Assembly (NCBI GenBank): GCA_041742075.1
Contig: JBGSJJ010000005.1
Location: 97,481 to 161,480 of the forward strand
Reading direction: 5' to 3'
From: Minisyncoccia bacterium
GTDB lineage: Bacteria > Patescibacteriota > Minisyncoccia > Phycocordibacterales > UBA918
Length of the DNA stretch: 64,000 nt
Shown here: positions 1 through 12,000 of the stretch, piece by piece
Layout of the letters: every line of letters starts with the position of its first letter
Numbering within the stretch: the first letter of the stretch is position 1
Translations under genes and position numbers: made by a program
The notes under the pieces: model-generated
Databases searched by the model: none
Seen by the model: the letters and a program-made list of their open reading frames with translations, nothing else
Told to the model about the DNA's origin: nothing

Positions 1-1
1 T

Positions 2-3000
2 GGTGATCAGTTTGCTACTGGTGATAATCGAAACATTGAGACAACTGCGACACAGGCGCAAATTACTACCACTATTACCGAGGCGATGGTTGCCTATGGC
101 GAGTCTTCGACACTTTTCCCTCGGTATCGTATTTGGTCAGGTAGTGAGTGGAGTGAAGCAGAAAATGCTCTGAGTACCAATGCTCTCGTTGAGTGGGCCG
201 AGCTTAAAGCGGGTACAAAACGAAGTGAGTATGCACTTGCGACACTGGGTACTGATGGCGACGTTAATGTGCAAATCTATGATGGTAATGCGCGCACCTG
301 GGGCGACATGAATGAATTAGTAACTGAGATACCCGTAACTGGCTATCGAGGAGTAGACATTGCCTACGAGACTGACTCGGGTGATCTACTTGCAGTTGCC
401 TGTAGTGACGATGATGCAGTGTTTAGTGTCTGGGATGGTGCGAGCTGGAGCACTACCACGTCGCTTAGTCTCACTAAGGCGACTGATTGTCAGTTCATCA
501 AGATGGCTTCTGACCCAGACTCAGACGAAATTATTACTGTGTTTAAACACGAATTTACGGGTGATCCTGACTATGAGGCACTTGTGTGGACCGGCTCTAG
601 CTGGAGTGCGAGCAATCTCACCTTTGGTGCTATCAGTCAGGCGGCTAACGAAGGTATTACAGTAGAGTATGAAGAGTCCGGCGACCAAGCGATTGTTGCG
701 GTCGCCAACGGAGGAGGTAATAATTTTGTGTATAACACTTGGAACGGTAGTAGTTGGTCAGGTAACCTAACAAACGCTCTCCAGGATGACTTCCAGCACG
801 GTGTCTTGAAGCGTGACGTGGGTACTGATCGGATGGCACTCTGTGGTATCGACGTAGACGGACAAGTAACCAGTACAGTCTGGGACGGTTCGGCCTGGGG
901 AACTGCCTATACCCTTGATACTGCCGGAAATAGTCAGGCGGGGCGACCAGTCAGTTGTGAATTTGAAACGCTCGGTGACCGTGATGGCTATATTATGATT
1001 CCATACTCAGACACCGCCAATGCGCGCTACCAGTACGGATCGACCTCGTATTCAGGAGAGCTTGATATTACTGGCCTTAACTTGAGTAATGGTGCCTGGA
1101 CAACGCAGACAGTACGTACCAATGACGGTCTAATCCTCGCGCTATTCTTAAAAGAAGATGGGCCAGCACCGACTGATCAATATCTTTTTGCGTACTGGGA
1201 CGGTGCTTCGTGGCTTGGTCAGGATACACTTAGTAATTTGCCATCAGTTACCACCACACCATTCCATGAGTCTATCTCTATGGCCGCTCAGATTTTCCCG
1301 AACTTCGTCGACGGCACTATACGTTCAACGTCTATTAACTTTGCTGATGGCGATAGTCCGCGCTGGCAAGAAGTGTCGTGGACAGACAGTACTCCTGCTG
1401 GAAGTACGGTTGAGTATCGAGTCTACTATGAAACTGCTACGGGAACTTTTGCCCTCATACCCGAGAGTGCGTTATCGGGGAACGAAGATGGGTTTACCAC
1501 CAGTCCAATTGATATTTCTGACCTTGATAGTGATATCTATTCTGTACTTCAGCTTGAGGCTGAACTTATCTGTGATGAGGATAACTGTCCAAGTGTACTT
1601 GATTGGACTGTTGAGTGGTCTGAGGGTATCAGTATTTCTGGACTCGCGCTTGAGTATGACCAAGCAACGGCGCTCTCAACTGGTACGATAGCAGTGGCAG
1701 TAAACGGTGATTTACAGGATGGTAAGACAGCCAATATTTCGGGTACAATTGGTTCACAAGAGGAAGTTTTTGATACGGCAGGAACAAGTACTTTCTCAGT
1801 ACCGGCTGGTGTTAATGAACTCACGGTAAAGTCTTGGGGAGCGGGTGGCGGTGGCGGTGCAGGAGGTTTACGGAACGTTGGAGCGGTTGGTGGCGGTGGC
1901 GGTTTCATGCAGGGAACGCTTAGTGTGACACCCGCTGAAAATCTCACCGTTGCAGTTGGTGGCGGTGGATCATCGGGTTCATATGGTGTACCGGCTGGTG
2001 CTGGTGGTGGCGGTGGGTACTCAGGTGTGTATCGCACTTCAACACCACTTATAGTAGCCGGCGGAGGAGGTGGAGGAGGGGCTGGTGCTGGTGGTATAGG
2101 CTACGCTGGAGTCGGCGCTGAATGTGCAGTAACTGCAGCTGCTGCAACGGCTTGTTTGCCACAACTTCCAGCTGGTACGGCTGAACATGACGTACTCATC
2201 GCAGTGCTTCATTCACGAACAGATACGGCTCACACCTGTACTACTAACTGTACGGGTTGGACAGAGTTTTCTACTCAGGCCGGTGGTAACGGTCGTTTGT
2301 CAGTCTGGTGGTACCGACAAGGTACCACGACACCAACCGGACCAACCTTTGCCGGACCAACTTCAGGTTCGTACACTGGTCGAATCTGGGCTTTTAGAGG
2401 GGTGGCCCAGTCAGGTAATCCATTTGACCAGGTAAGCTCTAACACTACGCAAGGTGCGACAACCAACTACGCTGGATCAAACCTCACGAGTACCGTGTCC
2501 AACTCCATGCTGGTAATGGTTGGAGGTTCCGTTGACGATCAGGCCTGGGGACCAGGCGGTGGTTCTTGTAATGTGCCATCTGGAGCTAATGGAGATTTTT
2601 ATGCAGTCCATGCAGGCAGTAATAATAACTCAATCTTCCTCTGTTATGACGGTACACCAAGTGGTGGTACTGGTTCTCTTGGTGTACCAAGTATGACGCA
2701 AGCAGCTTCAGTGGCTGGAAGATGGTTTAACTTTAACCTTCGAGCTGAAACTTCAGTTGGGGCAGTAGCAGCGGGCGGTGGTGGAGTGGGAGGTGGCTTA
2801 ATCGGTGGCGATGGTGGTTCTGGCGACACCGCATTTAGCGCTACGGGTGGAACTATTTCCGACTTGTTTGGTTTTAGGCACCATGTTTTTACCGCGAGCG
2901 ATACGTTCGAAATCTTAAGTGGCACACGACCAATAGACCTGCTTTTGGTTGGTGGAGGTGGAGGAGGTGGCGGATACCAATTTGGCGCTGGCGGTGGTGG

Positions 3001-6000
3001 CGCTGGTGGTGTTCGAGTCTTGCAGAATCAAGCGCTCGGTGTCGATACTTACACCGTCACTATTGGTGCAGGAGGAACTGGCGGAGACAATACTGACACG
3101 TCGGCTGGAAACGGTCAGTCTGGAGGAGACTCTTCATTTGATGCCGAAGTTGCGCTTGGTGGTGGTGGTGGACTTCGTGGAGCCAGGCCAAATGATGGTT
3201 CAACTGGTTTCTTCGGTGCTTCAGGTGGCGGTGGCGGTAGTACTATTATTAACGGTGTTTCTCATACTGGCGGTACGAGCACAGCTGGTCAAGGGAATGA
3301 CGGCGGTACCGGTGGTGCCTCAAATGGAACTGACAATCAGTCGGCTGGAGGAGGAGGCGGAGCAACAGCTGTCGGTAGTAATGGTACCAATGGGACGGGA
3401 GGTGCCGGCGGTGCTGGTATAAATCTTGGCTCACTGTGGGGAACTAGTGTCGGTGCCAGTGGTTGGTTTGGTGGTGGTGGTGGTGGAAAGCGTACGAACG
3501 CGGGCGGTGATACCGCTGGTGCTGGTGGTATTGGTGGAGGCGGAGGCGGTGTTGGTGACAATAACGGTACCACCGCAACAGCCAATACCGGTGGCGGTGG
3601 TGGTGGTGGAGCAGGTACCACCGCAACGCAGTATGGTGGGACGGGTGGTTCTGGTGTCGTGATTGCTCGCTATCGTATTCCATTCCTTGGAGGGTTTGGA
3701 GGTACACAAAGTGCTGGTGGTGTAAGTGGTGGAAATGGTGCTTCAGGGTCAGCCTTTTTGGGTGGCGCTGGCGATACGGGAGTAAGTGGTGGAGCAGGAG
3801 GGGCTGGAGGTTTCTTGGGTGGCGCGTCTGGCGGTACTGGTAATAGCACGAGTTCTGAAGCTGGTGGTGGAGGTGGTGCTGGAGGCTACTACGGAGGCGG
3901 AGGTGGTGCGCGAGGTAACGCTGGACTATATTCTGGGACTGGTGGTGCTGGCGGCTCTTCGTACGCTATCGCCACCGCGACAGCGACTAGTACGATAAGT
4001 GGTTCAGGAAATACTGCTGGTAATACTGGTGACTCAGACTATGGTGGGACAGCTGGCACAGGCGGAACTGGAGGTGCACTGTCAACCGACGGTGTTTCAG
4101 GTGCTGACGGACGTGTAGTCATAAGTTGGGTTGGTTCTACCACACCAGGCACGTGGACTATTCCAAACGTGAGTGCTCAGGTTGGCGACATAATCACCGT
4201 GTTTATAGTGGCACCTGACGGCACGAAAGAAGCAGTCGCAGTAACTAAGTATGACGGTGCAGGAGACATTTCAGGTATGCAGTTAAGTGAGCGCCACCTG
4301 ACGCTTGGTTCAGATGATGAGCCTACTATTTCCAACCAAAACCTCGAGGTGTATAAAAACAACGACAACCCAAACATTTTCTTTGATGTGTCTGTGGCAG
4401 GTGTACTTAATCTCTGTGCGGAAGCAACCTGTACTGACAGTCGCTTGCGCGTCCTTGCGAGCACCACCTATCAGCCAGGCGCAAACGGTAGTGTGATTAA
4501 CTTCCAAAATAGTGGCACCTTTGCTCCAGCCACGAACACCTTGCGCGTTTTAAATAGATGGCAACAACAAGGTACGTTCCTACCGGACTCTTCAACGATT
4601 ATCTTTACTGCTACCTCTGGCACACCGACTTTAGAAAACGCCACTACGTCGTTTGTATTTAATAATGTAACCTTTGGTGAAACGACTGGTACGGCATCCT
4701 GGACCATAGACAAGCCACTAGATGTTGGTGGTGCACTTACTGTTAACTACGGCACACTGGCGCGCGGTACATCGACAATTATGGTTGCTGGTAACCTTTC
4801 CCTTGGTGCAAACGGATATATAACTGGCCTTGCCACCACCACTTTTGATGGAAGCGGTAGTAACACCTGGGGTGATGCTAAGGCGAGCGCCTCGAGTACC
4901 AACATCGGACATGTGGTTATCGATGGAACAGGTAAGACAATTACTTTGGCTGGGAATGTTGGTGCACAGACGGTCACGATTGGTGCCGATGATACGCTTA
5001 ACAGTTCTGGTTCGCCTTTTAACATAAATGTTGTGTCAGCTTGGACTAACTACAATGCTTTTATCCCGCAGTCGGGTACGGTGACGTTTATTGGTACCAC
5101 CACAGGCACCATCGCGCGTGGTACGTCAGCCTTTAACAACCTTACCTTCAGTGGAGTAGGAGGGAATTGGTCATTTGCTACAGCTACTCTTGCCTTAAAC
5201 GGTAACTTCACGATTGCTACCGGTACCGTTACGCTACCAACGGGCACGACAACGATTGCTGGTTCATTCTTAAATACTGGTGGTACTTTTGCACATAACA
5301 ACGGTGAGGTTCGTATGACCAGTACAGCAGGAGGTCGTACCATCACACAAAGTGGCACGGCGTTTCTAAACGCCTTCTATGACCTCGTGTTTGCTGGCTC
5401 AGGCTCGTGGAGCTTTAATGAAGCCAATGCAACCACTTCAAGACAGTTCAGAATTCAGTCAGGTACAGTTACCTTCCCAAGTGGAAAACTTACCGTCGGT
5501 GGTGATTTTCTCACGACTGGCTCCGGTGCCTTTGCTCACAATAATGGCGAGGTGGTTTTGCTGGTCCAGGAAACAAACAGTGTTCGAGCGAATACATCTT
5601 CATTTAACAATGTACGAACCGTTAGTGCTGCCACTGGCTCTTGGTACAACGACACCTGGAATTATCGTGTTCCAGTGGTGATTCAAGAATCACAAATTGA
5701 TGACACACTTACCAACTTCCCAGTCTATGTAAACCTGGATGACTTCAGTAGTAGCTTCTTCTCGAACGTGAAAGCTGACGGTGGCGACATCCGCGTGACT
5801 GAAAGCAACGGAATAACCGAGGTGCCAGTTGAAGTTGTTTCAATTGACACGAGTGGTACGACTGGAGAAATTTACTTTAGAGCGACATCACTTGCTTCGA
5901 CAACTAACACTACCTATTACGTGTATTACGGAAACACAACTGCTACCACTGTCGCTTCAACCACAGCCTATGGTGCTCGAAATGTGTGGAGTAATAGCTA

Positions 6001-9000
6001 TGTACTGGTGTCGCATATGGACGACTTAACGACCAGTATCGTAGAGAACAGTGCTGGGGCAGTAAATGGTATAAAGACAAACACGAGTGGTACAGCTGTT
6101 CCTGGCAACCCGCCAGAAGTTTCTACAGGTCGAATATATGAGGCACAAGACTTGAGTACGGTACCGATTCAACACACAGGTAATTTCCTCAATAGTCAAA
6201 CCCAGTATAACGTTTCGCTCTGGTTCAACCCAGACAACATCGCTGGTTCAGCTCCTCAAGAAACAAATGTATATGGTCACAGTTTATACGGTGTTTCTTC
6301 GGCTGGTAACTACGATTGGGTTTCGATAGGAGGTAGTACAGCAGGAACCTCAGCAAATAGTTCTGAAATCTGTGTTCGTGCATTTACAAATTCAACGACA
6401 TGTAATGTTACCTCGGGGACTAATCTAACTGCTGGAAACTGGTATTACCTGTCTATCAACGCAGTCCAAAATAGTACACTTACTGCTCGTGTAAACGGTA
6501 CAACGCGAGGTACATTCACAGCTGGTAATTTGGCACCTAATACAAACTTCACCATTGGTGCACTGCGTCCAAACCGAACACCACCGATTGTGTTTGATGG
6601 CCGGATTGATGAAGTACGTGTGTCCACTACAACTCGCACTGATGCCTGGCGTGATGCTGAGTATCGAAACTTGGCAACAACGACAACTTTCTACACTGTT
6701 AGTACACCAGAGACAGGGAGAACACGTACGTTTGCTGATACTAATGCTACTATCCTGGGTAACTTAGTGCTCGAAAACGGAGGAGACGCCACCTTCCCAA
6801 CTGGTGTACTCGGTATTGGTGGTTCGTTTGATAACAATGCTGACTTTACAGCAAATGGCGGTACAGTACGTTTCAATTCAACAGCTGGAGCTGAAACTAT
6901 CGCTGTTGGTAGTTCGACCTTTGCCACGCTGGACTTCAACAGCGCAACTGGAAACTTCACCGTGACCGAAAATGCCACTGCTACGGTAGCTATCAGTCTA
7001 ACGAATGTATCTCAGTTTACTTTACAAAGTGGACTGCGTTTAGCAACTGCTGGTACGTTCTCAAATGCTGCCAACGGTTCAAATACCACCTGGACTGGTT
7101 CAACACTTGCTCTCTTGGGTAGCGATCATAGTATCAATACCAAAACGAGTACCGGTGACGCGTACGGCACGCTCCAGACAACAGGTGATACAGATATCGC
7201 AATGTGGAATAGTACGTCAACCGTGTACGACACCGCCAGCACTTCCTCAATCTACTCCCAAGACCATAACGGAGTAGATGGAGACCTCTATATCTTTGGT
7301 AATTACGTACGCTCTACCGGTACTGAGTACTGGAGTTACGCCACTGACTTCGATGGCACCAATCTTGGTACGACATCTGGTCGTCAAGTAGACGTTAGGG
7401 TGGCTACCAGCAGTACCGTTGGCTTTAGTAGTTCAACGCTTAGTATGCAGGGAAGTGCAACCGCTTCAACCACTATCGATGCCCAGACGGGAGCTTTTAG
7501 CTTAAATGCCAGTAATACAACAATAACTGCTGAATACTTTACTGTGGCAGGTACAGACGCTAGTGGTTTTGGTCTACGGGCCTCGACGACGCTCAGCACC
7601 TTCCGTGACGGGTTCTTCACTGTCACTCCTGGTCGAACTGGAATAACCATCAGTAGTACAACCGTGTCGCATAACCCGTCAGCTCAGTTCTACCGGATTG
7701 GTTTTGCAACCACTTCAGCAGGTACTGCCTCAAACGTTACGTTAGTTGGTACCTCAACATCGTTTGTCTGGTTCCGTGAAGGCGGCGGCGGTCTCTATGG
7801 TGAAGCGTATGATGCAGGCGACGCTAACCCAGGGTCTGTCAGGTGGGATGATAGTTCGAACTCAATTGTGGTGTCTGGTATTGTCTACGCTGACGATGGA
7901 GTGACTCCACGAAGCTCATCTACAGTTGTCAGGATTGTGGTTGATGGTGGTACGTATACCGCAACAACCTCAAGTACTGCTGGTACGGGAGCCTATTCAT
8001 TCCCAGCCGTAAATTATATTGGTGACCCGAAAATCGTCGTGTACCTCGATACTAATGGTGGGGTAACAGGTAGTGTCGTGACGAAGACACCAACGAGCAA
8101 TATCACGAACATGCACATCTATGTCAACCGGGTTATCACGAGACACCAGGACATTTTGCCTCTTACTGCCAGTGATATGCAGTCATTTGATTTTGACAAT
8201 GATACTGACCTCCGCTTCATTGCTGCCACTACTTCACTCACGGTACTGCCAAGTACTGAACTCTTCGTGTTTGCCAGCACAACGTTTGCGCCGGGTGGTA
8301 ACGTCACGCTTCTAGGAAACGGTAGTAGTACAAGTTATGAAGGTACGCTCCAAATAGGAACAAATGCTACGTTTAGGGCTTCAAGTACCGAAACTCACAC
8401 GCTGGCCGGTCGATTTGTGATGGCTACTACCTCTACGTTTACTTCAGCCTCGTCTACCTTTATTTTTAACGCGACCACGACTGGCAAGAGTATTACCTCA
8501 CCAAATACCGTAACCTTTAACGAAATAGCCTTTACGGGAGTGGGAGGTGGTTGGAACATAACTGCTCCACTGACGGTTGTGCAAAGTATGCAGATTGCCA
8601 CTGGAACCGTGACTGGTACAAGTAATATTTCACTCCTCTATGGTTCACTCTATGGAGACGGTACTCTCTCGTTTGGAAGTGGCACTACCACACTAGCGCG
8701 CAGTAACACGTTTGGAGGAATGCGAGCTTGGACACTCAATAATCTTGTGTTGGGTAATGGAGTAAATGTAGGCACAACAACACCGGTAACAGTTGCGACA
8801 ACGACAATTCTCGGGCGGTTAACTATCGCCAGTGCACACTTCTTAGATGCGGGTAGTACAAGTTGGAACTTAAACGGCTCAGGAACAGTGTTTGTAGAAA
8901 CTGGTAATTTGCTCGAAGGAACGAGCTCCTTTAGGTACAGTGGTGCCAGTTCAAGTATCTTGTCTACGACGTACTACAACCTTGAGCTCAATGCTGGTTC

Positions 9001-12000
9001 ACCAAACCCTGTTTATACCGCAGTGGGAAGTGGTATCAATGTACTCAATGACTTGGTGGTAGGTGGTACCGCTAGTACGACAGTAAACTTTGCCACGAAT
9101 GACCCAGTTCTAGCGGTTGGAAATGATATGCGTATCCAACCAAACGGTACGTTCATTGCGAGCGATAGTGGTCTCTTCACCATTACCGGCAGTTATGACA
9201 ACAACGGAGTCTTTACTGGTAGTAACGGTACGACCACGTTTATCGGTAGTGGTTCTGAAACAATTTCCGCCGGCAATTCAGCTTTTAGTAGCGTGAACAT
9301 AAATGGGACTGGTTCGTTTACCATCACCGAAAATGCTACCAGTACCGGAGCCTTTACACTCACGAACCACGCAAACTTTACCGTTGCGAGCGGTCAAACA
9401 CTTTCTTTTGGCGGAGCCTTTACTAATACGCTTGGAGGTGGCGCTACTACCTTTGCGAGTAGCACACTTCACTTCTATGGCGGTAATACAAAATCTATTA
9501 ACGCCTCAACCACAAGTGATAGTTATGAAACGCTATCAGTTGCATCAGGTACTAATGTACGTATGTGGAATAGTAATGCGATTACGTATGCCGCTACTGG
9601 AGGTATTTACTCACAAGACCATAATGGCAATAATGGATTACTACATATCTATGGTGCGTATACCTCAAGTGCTAACAATGATTATTGGAGTTACGCTACT
9701 GACTTTGATGGGACGAGTCTCGTCGGTGGAAGTGAACGTCAGGCAGTGGTAGCTTTGGCTTCCAGTGCAAGTGCAAGTTATTCTGGCGGCAGTCTCACCG
9801 TACTTGGTAGTACTACTGCTACTACGTCTATCACCAACCAAGGCAGTGGAATCTACGGTCTTACAATTGGAGGTACCACTGCCACTAATTGGAACCATGT
9901 TTCGATTCGTGACATAAATAGTTCAGGAGTGGTATTTGGTGGCTCACCAACGGTAGCTAACTTCTCAAACACCGACCACTTAGTGAAAATTAATAGTGCA
10001 ACAGCCGTTACTGTCGGAGGGTCTGTGATAAACGCTAACGAAGCCAAGAGCTTTACCGGAAACATTTTTGAAGCAGACCTCGGCGTAACTGGTGCAGTAA
10101 ACGTTACTGCAACAGGTACTGCAGTTAGTTCATGGCGCTTTACCCTTCATTCGGGTGATATTGCTGGGGAGGCGTATGACTCTGACCCACAAGGAGACCC
10201 AGGCTACATAACCTGGGATGACTCCGCCGCTTCCATTACGGTTTCTGGAACAGTCTATAGTGACGAAAGTAGTACACTCTCAAATGTATGCGATGGAGTT
10301 ACGCAAAATATTCGTCTCGTTGTTAAGAGTGAGACCACTGATAAGGCGTACGATATGACCTGTGACGCAACAACTCGCGTGTATAGTACGAGTAGTGTGG
10401 CCTATAGTCCGAATGATTTACTTGTCGTGTACATTGTTGGAGAAACAGAAAAAGCAACCAGCGCTACTACCGAACCAATTTCCTCCATCAATAATTTACA
10501 TCTGATTGAAAACCGAGTTATTGTACGTCATGAAAGTACCAATCCGCTCACAATTGCGCGAATGTCGCTCTGGGACTCTTCAGATGATTCTGATATTCAG
10601 TACACCGCCGTCAACGCGACGCCTGACACCCTTACTATCCCAGCAGACCGCAAGCTCCTTATTTGGACTGGTAAGACGTTTGAACCAAATGGTAACGTGA
10701 CAGTCAGTGGTGGTGGTAGCGGTTCCGCCGAAGATGGGACCCTTGAAGCCCAAACCAATGCGCGCTTTAGAGCAAGTAGTACGGTAGCACAAGTACACTC
10801 AATTGGAGGGAGCTTTATCTTCAATACGGGAGCGGTGTTCGAATCAGCTCTTTCAACCACCAGCTTTACGACGACAGGAAGCGGGCGCACAATCGATGTA
10901 AATGAAGGTGCTTTCAGTAACGCTTCCTTTAGCGGTAGCGGTAGTTGGAATGTGACTGATCCAACACTTACTGTCCGTGGAAGCTTACTCCAATCAGCTG
11001 GGGCACTCACTTTCGGTACAGCAACGACTACCATTGGACGCTCCTTTAACGCGACAGGAGGAAGCTTTACTATCAATAACAGCCCACTTATCTTTACTAG
11101 TACAACGACAGGTAACACCGTTCGTTTTGACGATTCACCGGTAGCCTCTATGTACTTTACTGGTACCAGTGGAGCCTGGACACTGGCTGACACCAACGCT
11201 ACAGCGACTCAATCGGTAATAGTTGAACGAGGAACGTTGACTTTCCCAAGTGGAAACTTCGCTATTGGTGGTAGTCTTCGAAATGTAAGTGGAGCTTTTG
11301 TTCACAATACGGCAGACCTGATTATGACCGCCACTACGTCAGCTTTGGTGCGAGCAAGTAGTTCAGATCTCTACGCTATTCGATTTGCTGGAGCTGGTCC
11401 ATTTACGCTTGAAGATGTCAGTACTACCTTCCGTGATAACTTCACTATTGCCTCTGGCACCGTCACTGTCGGCACCGGTACACTCGCTGTTGGTGGTTCG
11501 TTTGATACTACTGGTGGGGTATTCAATCACGCTTCCGGTACGGTGCTCCTTAATGCATCAGCGGTGGGTAAGACAGTTAATCCTGGTTCTAGTCCGTTTT
11601 ATAACCTACAGATTGGCGCGCCAGCAGGGGGGTATACCTTCTTGAATGCTACAACCACTAATAATCTCACCTTTGCGAGTGTGAGCAACTTCACCCAGCA
11701 GTCGGGTAGTCGACTCTACGTTGGGGGTGTCTTCAGTAACGTTGTGCAGAATGCTTCAACCACCTGGACTGGTAGTACACTGGCTCTTGGTCCAAACCAG
11801 GCCTACAACGTAAATAGCCGAACCAATTCTGGCGACACCTACGGTACGCTCACGATTGACGCAAATAGCGACATTCGGTTCTGGTATTCAAGCGCCGCTA
11901 CGACTACCGTCGCTTCTACAGCTTCGCTCTATTCACAAGACCATAACAACACCAATGGCGCACTCTATATCTATGGAGACTTCGGAATTAGCTCTACCAC

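Noticed and set aside
1549-3709. Minus-strand Pro/His/Thr-rich ORFs in the track
   Set aside because: Antisense shadows of GGT/GGC-rich Gly codons of the giant gene; the same applies to the many short ORFs nested in long CDSs.
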